This document shows, one piece after another, positions 1-9,236 of a stretch of 64,000 nucleotides of DNA. Numbering within the stretch: position 1 is the stretch's first letter; the number at the start of each line of letters is the position of its first letter. Location of the stretch: positions 160,001-224,000 of the forward strand of contig JANRKO010000023.1 of assembly GCA_033763455.1 (NCBI GenBank). Reading direction: 5' to 3'. The DNA comes from Polyangiaceae bacterium. GTDB lineage: Bacteria; Myxococcota_A; Polyangia; Polyangiales; Polyangiaceae. The position numbers and the translations under genes were made by a program. The notes beneath the pieces are model-generated. The model saw only the letters and a list, made by a program, of their open reading frames with translations, was not told the DNA's origin and made no database searches.

Positions 1-53
1 CGGCAACAGCAGAGACGCCAACACCGCTGCTAAAACTCCTCGAAGAACACGCA

Positions 54-1058
54 TCAGAAGGCCCCCCGCACGCCAACCACTTTACCGTCCGACCACAAGC
101 CAACTTTGTCTGCGCGAGCCACCGGCTTATCGTCGGTAAGATATAGGAATGCGCCCACCGCAACGCCTACGAGCCCCGTACCATATCCGATAAAGCTTAC
201 GGTTCGCGTGGTGCGAAAACGTGCAAGCTCATCCGACGCGGAAGCTGGGCATGTTGCGCCACATGCGTCATTCAAATTCCCCTGAGCATTCAACATCATG
301 AAGCCTGTGACCGCTCCCAGGGCAATGCCGGTGCCTCCCACCCCAAAAGCGACCCAGGCTGCGGTCTTCTGCGGCCCTGCTTCTTTTGGTGGCGGCAAAG
401 GTGGGGGCGCCCTGGGGGGAACTTGCGCGGCGATGCCTAAAAATAGGCTCTTCTGCTCTCCTTCGCTAACGCCAACCGAAGTCGCTACGAGCACCTCCGA
501 ACCAAGTTGCACGCGAACGGTGTGCTCACCTGGGTCCACCCATACAGGTTTCTCGCGCTCCGCTTGGGTGAGCGGCTTATCGTCGATGTAGAGGGCAAGC
601 CTACCATCTTTGGCACCCGAGCCCTGCACCATCAAAGTGATTTTCGGGATCTTGCGATCGAGCTTTTCGATTTCCGCCTTGGCCTCCTCCCGAGCCGCCT
701 TGAATGCCTCCGGCTCATCTTCGCTTTGCGCTCCAAGGCTTGCGCGCTCGTAACTTGCCCTCGCTGCGACCCAGCGACCCATCGGCTCCAAAGCCCTCCC
801 CTCCAACAGCGCTAAGGTTGGTGCTGGCATGAGTCGATATGCCTGCGCAAGAAGTGCCTGAGCTTCGGGCCAACGTTGCTCGTGCATGTGTGCCAGCGCG
901 TCTCGCGCAAGGGCACGCGCTTCTGTGCGTTGGTCTTCTCCCGCGTCAGCTAACGCGATCGAAGACGCGCCGAAGTAGGCCACCCCGAACGTGAACACGA
1001 CTAGGCCGAGACGCCCACGTGCTGGGGAACCAAAAGTCCGGGGGTGATAAGACGGCAT
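54..1058 (-). CDS. TPR + PEGA-domain exported/membrane protein (myxobacterial type)
   Basis: Signal-like N-terminus, TPR-like helices (WPEAQALLAQAY..PAPTLALLEGRALE), PEGA-like segment (VWVDPGEHTVRV), two hydrophobic helices, ends VGVRGAF. Lies 22 bp downstream of a kinase gene. Confidence 0.75.
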   Translation of the reverse strand: MPSYHPRTFGSPARGRLGLVVFTFGVAYFGASSIALADAGEDQRTEARALARDALAHMHEQRWPEAQALLAQAYRLMPAPTLALLEGRALEPMGRWVAARASYERASLGAQSEDEPEAFKAAREEAKAEIEKLDRKIPKITLMVQGSGAKDGRLALYIDDKPLTQAEREKPVWVDPGEHTVRVQLGSEVLVATSVGVSEGEQKSLFLGIAAQVPPRAPPPLPPPKEAGPQKTAAWVAFGVGGTGIALGAVTGFMMLNAQGNLNDACGATCPASASDELARFRTTRTVSFIGYGTGLVGVAVGAFLYLTDDKPVARADKVGLWSDGKVVGVRGAF

Positions 1059-1080
1059 GTCCAGTAATAGGAAGCGGCAC

Positions 1081-2679
1081 TTAGAACCCTAAATCAAAGG
1101 ACCCTGGCTTCTTTTGCGCTTTCTTCTTGGAAGCGTGGCCCGGCCGCGGCGCCGCCTTTCTGCTTGCGGGCTTGGACGCCGGGGCCGCACTCGCCTCGCT
1201 TGGCGGTACTGGGGGCTCTGCTTGAGGGGGCAAGGGCATGGCGGAGGCTGAGGGCATCGCGGACGATGGTGGCCCCGTTGAAGCCGAGGTCGTGGGAACC
1301 GCCGGAGGAGTAACCGGATCTGTGCTTGTAGACACAGATGATGGTTCGGACGCCTGGCGTGTTCCCCACACGTTCAGAACCAACACGGCTACTGCCACCA
1401 CCGCGACACCGGTGGCTATTACTACCGCCAACAGCATCGGCATTCTCGGGGCGACCCTTTGAGGCGCGGCAGCGGGAGTAAGTTCGGTAGCGCCGTGGCG
1501 ACTGCTAGGCGGTACGCCATCTTCCACAGCAAGAGTGACCGGCAGGCCACGGGGTGGGCCCCCCTCACGTCCCGGCGCTGGGCCGGGGGGAAGGAGGGCG
1601 GGATGCGGCACACTCGCTGGAGCCTGGGCGAGTAGGTCGTCGAGCTCGCCGATAACCTTCAACGCTTCTTCATCGCCCGCTGGCATCATCGAGGTCGTGT
1701 CGATCTTGACGCCATCGATTCCCGCTTGCAGCCAGCCAGTTTTGAGCGAGGCGCCAAAAGCATCCTCACGGATACCGCGCTCGTACAACCAGAGCGCCAA
1801 TGATTCGCCGAATACACGCATCGTATCCCAGCGCTCTTGCCTGCGCTTGCGCAAACCACGCTCGATTATGACCCACAGAGCTTTGTCACCGACGTCGTAC
1901 TCAAGAATGGGGCGCACCGGATCGTGCACAATTGCACGCAGCACAGCTAAATAGTTGGAGCCCTCGTGTCCGAACGGGCGGCAGCCCGCCATCAACTCAT
2001 AGAGCACCACACAAAGCGCCCAAACGTCGGTTCGATGATCGATATCAGGCTCTCCGCGGGCCTGTTCCGGCGCCATATAGTCCGGAGTTCCAAGGAGTGC
2101 TCCAGAACGTGTGAGCGTGCCTGTTCCTTCTGAAAAACGGGCAATCCCAAAATCAACGATCTTGGGCTGAAGCCGCCCATATTCGTCGCTCGCAATGAAA
2201 ATATTCTCGGGCTTGATGTCACGGTGCACGATGCCGCGACCGTGCGCAGTTGCCAGTGCATCGGCGATCGGAAGCATCATCTGAAGCGCACGAGTAACCT
2301 CAAGCTTACCCTCGCGCCCCAGAAGAGCTGAAAGGGGCTCCCCCTTCAGTAACTCCATCACAATGAAAGGCGTGTTGTCTTCCATCTGCCCGAAGTCAAA
2401 TACGCGCACGATGGCGGGGTGGTCTAACCGAGCGGCGGCTCGTGCCTCTTGTAACAACCGCTTATGCATGTTGGAGGCATCCGCTCTAGGCATGTCGATG
2501 CGCATGAACTTGATCGCGATGTCGACGTCCAAGACTTCATTTTTTGCCGTCCACACAGAGCCCATGGCCCCTTCGCCAATCTGGCGGATCAACCGATACT
2601 TATTCGCGACCAACTCCCCCGGCCTAAGCGGTGTCGACGACTTAAAGTCCGAAATAGATGAGCCGCTCGCACGCGTCAC
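1081..2679 (-). CDS. Membrane Ser/Thr protein kinase (Hanks type)
   Basis: GEGAMG, AIK, HRDIKPEN, DFG and APE motifs, TM helix, Pro/Ser/Thr-rich tail ending FDLGF. The ORF is open to 3036; GTG at 2679 was chosen to avoid overlap with the divergent gene. Confidence 0.9.
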   Translation of the reverse strand: MTRASGSSISDFKSSTPLRPGELVANKYRLIRQIGEGAMGSVWTAKNEVLDVDIAIKFMRIDMPRADASNMHKRLLQEARAAARLDHPAIVRVFDFGQMEDNTPFIVMELLKGEPLSALLGREGKLEVTRALQMMLPIADALATAHGRGIVHRDIKPENIFIASDEYGRLQPKIVDFGIARFSEGTGTLTRSGALLGTPDYMAPEQARGEPDIDHRTDVWALCVVLYELMAGCRPFGHEGSNYLAVLRAIVHDPVRPILEYDVGDKALWVIIERGLRKRRQERWDTMRVFGESLALWLYERGIREDAFGASLKTGWLQAGIDGVKIDTTSMMPAGDEEALKVIGELDDLLAQAPASVPHPALLPPGPAPGREGGPPRGLPVTLAVEDGVPPSSRHGATELTPAAAPQRVAPRMPMLLAVVIATGVAVVAVAVLVLNVWGTRQASEPSSVSTSTDPVTPPAVPTTSASTGPPSSAMPSASAMPLPPQAEPPVPPSEASAAPASKPASRKAAPRPGHASKKKAQKKPGSFDLGF

Positions 2680-2892
2680 GTTTGCGCACCTACATGTGGG
2701 AAGGAAACTCGGGCCACTACTTAGAATAGGACCGAGTGCGGGCGCGGAGAAGCACGAAGCAACGAATCGTCTCAAAAATAAAGCTGCACAGAGGAGCTCG
2801 TCTGTGCATGTGGGAAAGTGCGGGCCAAGGAATGACAGCGGCAACTTGGGCCTGGGCTGCACGCCAGACGACCCTGGTGGGGTGGGCGAGGA

Positions 2893-3795
2893 TTGTGTGA
2901 TAATGGAGTGGTTGTGGCTGCAAGTGCTGGGACTTACACTGAGAGTGCCGCGTGGGTAGGAGCGGGGATATTTGCCACACTGCTTGCGGGCTGCGCAAAC
3001 GCTCGCGCTGAGAACGAAACACACGCGCCAAAGCACGCGTCAGCTACCCGGTTTGGTGTGGAACCTGCCGCCCCACCCGCATGCCCTAAGGAAATGGCGA
3101 AAGTGGGCAAGGCCTGTGTCGACCGCTGGGAGGCACATCTTATGTTTCGTGGCGAAACCGGCACGCTGGAACCTCACCCGCACTTCCTGAGGCCGGCTCC
3201 AGGCGTTAAATACGAAGCTCGCTCAGAACCTGGCGTAAAGCCACAAGGTTACATCAGTCGCACAGAGTCCATCTCGGCCTGCTCGAATGCAGGCAAGCGA
3301 TTGTGTTCTGTATCTGAATGGTATGCGGCGTGCTCGGGCAGCAGACACACCACTTACCCCTACGGGCCGAAGTACGAAAAGCGCGTTTGCAATGTGAGTC
3401 GCCCGCACCTTTTGACCAAGTTCTTTGGGAGCAACGCGCGCGCTTGGAAGTACGACGAGCATTTCAACAACCCAAAGCTCAATCAGCTACAAGGTTGGCT
3501 TGCCAATACGGGTGCTTTTGCTGGCTGCACTAGCGACTACGGAGTAAGCGACATGGTGGGCAACCTTCACGAATGGGTGGCTGATCAGGCAAGTGCTGAG
3601 GCTGTGCGCGAGGTTCCCCTGCGACCAGAAATTCGCCGCGCCTTGGTGCCCCACCGCTCAGGGCGGGGTGTGTTTATGGGTGGGTTCTATAGCACCGGCA
3701 GCGAACACGGCGACGGTTGCACCTTTGTAACCATGGCGCACGAGCCAAGCTATCACGACTACTCAACCGGCTTTCGCTGCTGCAAAGATCTGTGA
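2893..3795 (+). CDS. FGE-sulfatase/SUMF1 (EgtB/PvdO-like) domain lipoprotein
   Basis: Lipobox LAGC; CPKEM..CVDRWEA, GKRLC...EW..AC, DMVGNLHEWV and GFRCC motifs. The start is uncertain. Confidence 0.85.
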   Translation: MCDNGVVVAASAGTYTESAAWVGAGIFATLLAGCANARAENETHAPKHASATRFGVEPAAPPACPKEMAKVGKACVDRWEAHLMFRGETGTLEPHPHFLRPAPGVKYEARSEPGVKPQGYISRTESISACSNAGKRLCSVSEWYAACSGSRHTTYPYGPKYEKRVCNVSRPHLLTKFFGSNARAWKYDEHFNNPKLNQLQGWLANTGAFAGCTSDYGVSDMVGNLHEWVADQASAEAVREVPLRPEIRRALVPHRSGRGVFMGGFYSTGSEHGDGCTFVTMAHEPSYHDYSTGFRCCKDL

Positions 3796-3842
3796 GTGGA
3801 GCCGCCAAGGGAGGGGCACCCTCCACGAAGGCGCTTCTGGAG

Positions 3843-4070
3843 TTAACCGCGATTGCTGCGCTCCATTCGTAGCATCTCCTGGATGCTATCGGAGCGCACT
3901 GCCTCCACCCCTCGGGTACGTTCCCACTGGCGAGCACGCTCCACCGCGTGAGCGCGACCCTCTAATTGGTGTGCCGAAGACGCCTCGTCCGGAGCCCTCT
4001 GGGCCACACGAAAACTTCCACTCTGTGGGGGGAACTGGACGTCCGGCTGTGAAACCGAAGACAAAGCCAC
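3843..4070 (-). CDS. Possible small hypothetical protein (75 aa)
   Basis: GTG at 4070 is preceded by GAAAGG. The ORF fills a 470-bp gap between convergent genes and has a charged, helical-looking C-terminal half. It is part of ORF 3843..4163. Confidence 0.35.
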   Translation of the reverse strand: MALSSVSQPDVQFPPQSGSFRVAQRAPDEASSAHQLEGRAHAVERARQWERTRGVEAVRSDSIQEMLRMERSNRG

Positions 4071-4266
4071 TGAACCTTTCAAGCTGCACATCCTTTTAGT
4101 CTGATGGTTCGATGTTACGGGAAGGCTATCAGGATGTGACACTTCCAAGTCGAGATGGCCCACTTAACTGCCAATACCGGCCCTCGAGTACACTTTCTGC
4201 GCTCCAGCCGTGTGCGCCAAAGTAGGCAAACACCTACTGCTTGGGCATTCGGTTCTCGCCGGACCC

Positions 4267-5541
4267 CTAGTGCGAGGCCGCTTGTTCCGCCCGGCGCAGA
4301 TTCTCCGCGGCCAACGAGCGTGGAGCCAGAACTGGAGCTTCCCCTGGGCCGGAGTAATCGACCCAATGCGCTTTCTCTTCTCGCACGTCGAGGTGGACGA
4401 ACGTCGAGTTAGGGTAATAACCCACGCCCACACGATCCAGCGTTAGCAAGTAATCGCGCAGCGCCTCGTTCGGCACGCCGATGATCGTAAAATCGACCGC
4501 GCGCCCCAAGTGGTGCCGGGAGTCTTGAACGAAGGACTTTTCTCGGAGGCCACTGATGATTCGCAACTCTCTGCCACCAAACTTGTCGCTCAATTCGACG
4601 AGCAAGCGCATCAAACGTGGCTCCACCTCTGGCCATGCCGGGCTCGCATTGAGCAAAGCAGATATCTCGGTCCGAGCTTTGGGCAACACTCGGCCGGAAG
4701 GTCCGAAAGCGTAGCCCTTCCACGAGCGAGAGTACCCAGTGAGGGTTACGTAACCGCGCTTGCGCGCGGGCTTCACGTAGGATTTCCAGCTCACCTTCGA
4801 GCCTTTCGCGAGAGCTGCTCGGCGCGGCGCAGTTTTCGCCGAGTTCGTGAAGTTGCCATGGTACATCTGGCGGGCTCGTTCGCCGTCTTTGTCGTCTTTG
4901 GTTGGGATGAGAAGCTTCTGACCGGGACGCAGCTTCACGCCTCTTGAAATCCCCGATGCGTTGCAGATGGCATCCACTGAAACCTGATACCGCTTGGCAA
5001 TCGACCCCAGACGCTGCCCACTGTAGACCGTATGGACTCGAGGAAGGGCCCCGGGTTTCTGCGAGCGTTGGGAATTCCCTTTCGGTGCCAACGGCGCGGA
5101 GACACGGCTTACTTTTGGGGCAGCCTTAAGCTGCTCGGGTGCTACGGCCGTGCCCTCCGAGGGCTGAGCTTCCAACGGAGCATCAGGGGCAGCGGCCTCA
5201 GGTTCCGTCGCTTGAACTTCGCTCGCCTCATCTTCGGATCCGGCAGCGCTTGGCCCAGGTGGTATCGCCACTAAATCATGCTCTGGGTCGCTCGCTTTCT
5301 TCTCTGCCACATTCCCTTTGGCAGGGATGATCAGCTTCTGTCCGACTCGCAAGCGGTCAGCTCTACCAATTTGGTTGGCTTCGCAGAGCGCCTCAACTGT
5401 TACGTGGTAGCGCTTGGCAATCGAACCCAGGCGCTGGCCTGGGTAAACCGTGTGGATCGTCAAGGGCCGCGCATTCCCAGGGAAGGACCAGACGAGCAGC
5501 ACAGGCAACAGCCACGGAACGATCAGGTAGTGGAGGCGCAT
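4267..5541 (-). CDS. Two LysM domains + peptidase M15 (YcbK/DUF882-like) cell-wall endopeptidase
   Basis: Two HTVY.GQRLGSIAKRY..V.A.C.A LysM repeats and a C-terminal SRHHLGRAVDF...GVGYYP...VHLD Zn-binding motif. Signal peptide from ATG 5541. Confidence 0.85.
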   Translation of the reverse strand: MRLHYLIVPWLLPVLLVWSFPGNARPLTIHTVYPGQRLGSIAKRYHVTVEALCEANQIGRADRLRVGQKLIIPAKGNVAEKKASDPEHDLVAIPPGPSAAGSEDEASEVQATEPEAAAPDAPLEAQPSEGTAVAPEQLKAAPKVSRVSAPLAPKGNSQRSQKPGALPRVHTVYSGQRLGSIAKRYQVSVDAICNASGISRGVKLRPGQKLLIPTKDDKDGERARQMYHGNFTNSAKTAPRRAALAKGSKVSWKSYVKPARKRGYVTLTGYSRSWKGYAFGPSGRVLPKARTEISALLNASPAWPEVEPRLMRLLVELSDKFGGRELRIISGLREKSFVQDSRHHLGRAVDFTIIGVPNEALRDYLLTLDRVGVGYYPNSTFVHLDVREEKAHWVDYSGPGEAPVLAPRSLAAENLRRAEQAASH

Positions 5542-5686
5542 GGGGGTGGGTATTACCCGCCAGAAAGACTCAGTGCAAACGGGACCCACGTGTGGCGCGA
5601 GGCCACCCGGCCATCCCGAGAAGGCTCAATTTCGAGCAGAAGCTCAGCAATTGTGCGGCCAGCGCGGGAAGACTAAGCTTCGCAGC

Positions 5687-6838
5687 ATGCGTCTCAGCCA
5701 CCCACTGTCGCTCGCCGCGTGCCTCTTGGCCGTGAGCCTGAATAGCTGTCATCGTACTGAAAGAAATAGTCGAATTGAAGCCTTAAAAGCCCCCACCCCA
5801 CCTGCTGCGCTCCCTCGGGCTCCCGCACCCAAGCCACTGCCGATCCCTCCACTTTCGGCTGGAGCGCGCACGGAGGACGAACAGAATACAATCGCTGTTT
5901 TTCAGAACGCGGCCCCAGCCACCGTGTTTGTGACTCAACACACCTTGGTGACGGACCGTTTCTGGGGCCAGACCTCCGAAGTTGCATCGGGCTCCGGCTC
6001 CGGATTTGTTTGGGATACCGAGGGACACATCGTCACCAATTTCCACGTGGTGGCTAACGCACGCCGTCTCACGGTTACGCTGCAGAATCAGACAACGTTG
6101 GACGCCGAACTGGTAGGAGTGGAACCTCGTCGCGACATCGCCGTGCTAAAGATCAAAGCTCCAGCAGGGTCGCTAACACCTCTAAAAGTGTTGCCAAAGA
6201 ACCACCTCCTTCAGGTAGGACAGAAGGTTATAGCCATTGGGAACCCGTTTGGTCTGGATCATACGCTCACCACAGGGGTGATCAGTGCGCTCGGCCGCTC
6301 GATGCAGGGAGCCGGCGGCGTCACTATCCCAGACATGGTGCAGACTGACGCTGCGATCAATCCTGGCAATTCCGGTGGCCCATTGTTGGATAGCAGCGGG
6401 CAACTGATTGGCATGAACACCGCTATCTATTCTCCGAGTGGAACTTCCGCTGGTATCGGCTTCGCGGTGCCCGTGAGTTCGGTGGCGCGAATCGTCCCGC
6501 AAATCATTAAGACGGGGCGCGCTGAGCAGGTTGGCCTCGGTGTCCAGATTGATCCGAATGGCAGGCTGGAACGCCGTATTGGGATCCAAGGGGTTATTGT
6601 GCTCAGTGTCATAGGAACGGGCCCCGCAGAAAAAGCTGGGATCCAGGGCATTCGTCAGACACCCTCCGGCCCGGAGCTGGGCGACGTGATCGTCAAGATC
6701 GGATCCACCCCGATCCATTCTTACGACGATCTGTATAACGAGCTCGATCGCCACGCAGCAGGCGATGAGGTAGAGATCACCGTGCTGCGCAAAGCTCAGC
6801 TTGTCACGGTGCGACTGAAGCTAGTGGTTGTCTCCTAG
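5687..6838 (+). CDS. HtrA/DegP-family serine protease with one PDZ domain
   Basis: GSGSGF, TNFHVV, DIAVL and INPGNSGGPL catalytic motifs, C-terminal PDZ, lipoprotein-like N-terminus. Confidence 0.93.
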   Translation: MRLSHPLSLAACLLAVSLNSCHRTERNSRIEALKAPTPPAALPRAPAPKPLPIPPLSAGARTEDEQNTIAVFQNAAPATVFVTQHTLVTDRFWGQTSEVASGSGSGFVWDTEGHIVTNFHVVANARRLTVTLQNQTTLDAELVGVEPRRDIAVLKIKAPAGSLTPLKVLPKNHLLQVGQKVIAIGNPFGLDHTLTTGVISALGRSMQGAGGVTIPDMVQTDAAINPGNSGGPLLDSSGQLIGMNTAIYSPSGTSAGIGFAVPVSSVARIVPQIIKTGRAEQVGLGVQIDPNGRLERRIGIQGVIVLSVIGTGPAEKAGIQGIRQTPSGPELGDVIVKIGSTPIHSYDDLYNELDRHAAGDEVEITVLRKAQLVTVRLKLVVVS

Positions 6839-7230
6839 CTTGCCGGAGTGGGCTCGTTTTCGGCGAGCTCGTTTTCGGTATTGCCCGGTTCGTCACGGCG
6901 ATTGAGCCGTTCGATTCGACCATCCTTAGCTCGCTTATAGACAAACAAAGGCGCGGGCGGAGCTTCGGGCGCCAACTCTTTTGCCTTCCTCGCGCTCGGC
7001 GGCCGCTCCTTCGGAGCACGTGGCTCCCGCGGTTTGCGAGCACGAGCTTCAGCCGGTTCTCGCTTGGGGCGACGGGTAGCCTTAGGGCCCTTCACCCGCA
7101 CTATCGGATTGGCACGAATACGTTCGAGCTCAGCTGCAATGGTTTGGCGAATAGTCTGATCCACCGCTCGCACCATGTCTTCAATGAACGCGTCCATGCA
7201 CGCGATGATTTGCTGCTGCTCCGGATTCAT
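6835..7230 (-). CDS. Small basic protein whose N-terminal helix resembles 34476 and 34980
   Basis: N-terminal amphipathic helix (MDAFIEDMVRAVDQTIRQTIAAEL) followed by an Arg/Lys/Pro-rich region. The stop overlaps the HtrA stop. Confidence 0.6.
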   Translation of the reverse strand: MNPEQQQIIACMDAFIEDMVRAVDQTIRQTIAAELERIRANPIVRVKGPKATRRPKREPAEARARKPREPRAPKERPPSARKAKELAPEAPPAPLFVYKRAKDGRIERLNRRDEPGNTENELAENEPTPAS

Positions 7231-7333
7231 GTGTTCCGCTCTCTCATGAGTGGCCGCCTCTCGTCAAGCAGAGGAAAGCCTCCCAAGCACCGCCCCGTAG
7301 GACACCGTTTGGTCGCCCCGGCAGCCAGCAAGC

Positions 7334-9079
7334 TCAGGGCACTCGAGAATGCGCGGCGACCGGGAAATACTCCGCCTCGTAGAGCCGCAAGAACCTATCA
7401 AATCCCTCTTGAGCCACGCTCTCGTACACACCCGAGAAGGTACCTTCCGAGAGCTCCAAACCGGCCGCATCTGGCACTTTCCAGGACGAAGACTTGAACA
7501 CCAAGCTCTCCGCAACGTCAGGGATGGTGAACACTGCATTGAACACCAACCCCACACCCACGAACACGCCCCGAGGCTTCCGGCTCAGATAGATCCCCGC
7601 GCCCCCCACCACGTATTCAACTAACAGTGTTGGGACCGGGAACACCACGGGCGTACCCTCTGGCTCATCTACCGGCGGTCCGAGGGCGAACTTAAGCACG
7701 TCTTCGGGAAAGATTTGCTGCCACTTTTGCGCGAGCGCCTGCCCAGCACGAGCCTCCCGTGGCTCGGAACGCTTGGCATCGAAGTACTGAGACGGCAGTG
7801 ACTCCGCCCCCGCGTAGTAGATACTTTTCTCCACCTGCCGATCAGCCGTCGTTAAGCTGGCCCGCAGAACGCGGCGAAAACGCACCAGGACCGTGCCACG
7901 AAACGTCCTGGAGAAATTGAGCAGCTTTCTAACAAATTCGAGGTTATTGGCAGAAAAAACGGCTGACTGCTGATATCGCGCCAATATCGATGCATAAAAG
8001 CGATTCAACGCTTCTTCATATTCCCCTCGAAACAGGGTCTGCTCGCGTTGATACCGTTCATGAAAGGCGACGAGGGCCGTCAGCGTGCCTTCGGCTGCTG
8101 CGCGCTTGAGTTCACCCAAGAGAGCCTGTTTGAGTGCTGCACTGATTTCCGCCTCTATCTTGCTGCCGGCATGCGACTTGGCGAAACCGAGAAGCGCTTC
8201 AGTATTCTTACCCTGCACCGTGGCAAGAAGCTCGGCCCTAGGCAGCAACGTTTCAACGACCACTGGCCGCGCACCACCTCGCAGCAAGTACGTCCGGTAG
8301 GACGCCGGGGTGTTAACCTGAACTGCGTGCTCAAACAACCGAGCTTCGCTCAGTTTGTTCCGAAGCATGAACCCCACGTAGCCCAGCCCAACCGAAACCG
8401 GGAGAGCGACGAGTAACCCCAATGCCACGAAACGTTTTTGCGAGGGGGGCAACAGTGGTGTTTTTGGCGAAAATGGGTTAGAAAAGCCCGTATCGCGCAG
8501 CGGATCTAACGCCGCAAGATCACGCAGGTTCATCGCTTCAAGCGCTGCCGCATAGGAGGCTTGTGAGGAGCGCACTGCCTCAACCAGCTGCTCGGCTCTA
8601 GCCGATGCACCAGCATCGAAATCGCTCAACCCCTCTTTGAACTTCAACCGAAGTACGCTGCCTTTGGCTTCGATGGCCTCAAGCTCATTGAGCGGGGAAA
8701 CCTTAAACGAATCGGTGCGGGCATCCACGACGCCGAATGGAAACAGGTAGCGACCCGGACGGTACGGCAGAAGCTTTGGCGCCATGAACCGAACGCGCGC
8801 CATTAGGAAGCCAACTGCGGCCGTTAGAAGCAGGGCTGAGTAAACTGCCACGGCGGGAAGCGGTGCTATGGCTAACGAGTTCTCTGGATTACCAAAGCCA
8901 ACGGCTCCCGCACCGAAAGCCGCAAGCACTGCGACCACGCTCCCCAAAAAAGGCGCACGCCAACGAGCCTCAGTGGAGGCCGAGAAAATCAACGGCACCG
9001 GCTGCGATAAACCCTTTGCCGAGTGCGTGAACCGATCCTGAACGGCGCGTGATACTTTGAAAAACTCGACGGTTCTCAT
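7334..9079 (-). CDS. Hypothetical membrane protein
   Basis: Long ORF with three hydrophobic segments and a large soluble C-terminal part; no recognised motif. ATG 9079 was chosen as start. Confidence 0.7.
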   Translation of the reverse strand: MRTVEFFKVSRAVQDRFTHSAKGLSQPVPLIFSASTEARWRAPFLGSVVAVLAAFGAGAVGFGNPENSLAIAPLPAVAVYSALLLTAAVGFLMARVRFMAPKLLPYRPGRYLFPFGVVDARTDSFKVSPLNELEAIEAKGSVLRLKFKEGLSDFDAGASARAEQLVEAVRSSQASYAAALEAMNLRDLAALDPLRDTGFSNPFSPKTPLLPPSQKRFVALGLLVALPVSVGLGYVGFMLRNKLSEARLFEHAVQVNTPASYRTYLLRGGARPVVVETLLPRAELLATVQGKNTEALLGFAKSHAGSKIEAEISAALKQALLGELKRAAAEGTLTALVAFHERYQREQTLFRGEYEEALNRFYASILARYQQSAVFSANNLEFVRKLLNFSRTFRGTVLVRFRRVLRASLTTADRQVEKSIYYAGAESLPSQYFDAKRSEPREARAGQALAQKWQQIFPEDVLKFALGPPVDEPEGTPVVFPVPTLLVEYVVGGAGIYLSRKPRGVFVGVGLVFNAVFTIPDVAESLVFKSSSWKVPDAAGLELSEGTFSGVYESVAQEGFDRFLRLYEAEYFPVAAHSRVP

Positions 9080-9236
9080 CGTCCACCTAAAATGGCGGAT
9101 CCTGGTCGGTGAGGGCTCCGCACACCCGCAGGGTAGCGGGCAACGTCCGCCGCGGGCAACCCGACGGGCCCCTCTAACCGCCCCGACGCCGAGTCTCGCA
9201 CCCAATTTGCGGCACAAGCTCTACGATTCAGGGCAA

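Noticed and set aside
2680..3036. N-terminal extension of the kinase ORF
   Set aside because: It overlaps the divergent FGE gene, has non-protein-like composition, and the paralog at 43928 starts much closer to the kinase domain.
3960..4100. 6S RNA, tmRNA or Pxr-like sRNA
   Set aside because: Only short word matches; no long closing stem with a central bulge, no tRNA-like ends, and no U-tailed terminator.
3960..4160. Cobalamin riboswitch-like words (GGGAA, GCCACTG, GGGAAGG)
   Set aside because: There is no CCCCGC-ACTGT core or proper B12 box, and no downstream gene on the plus strand.
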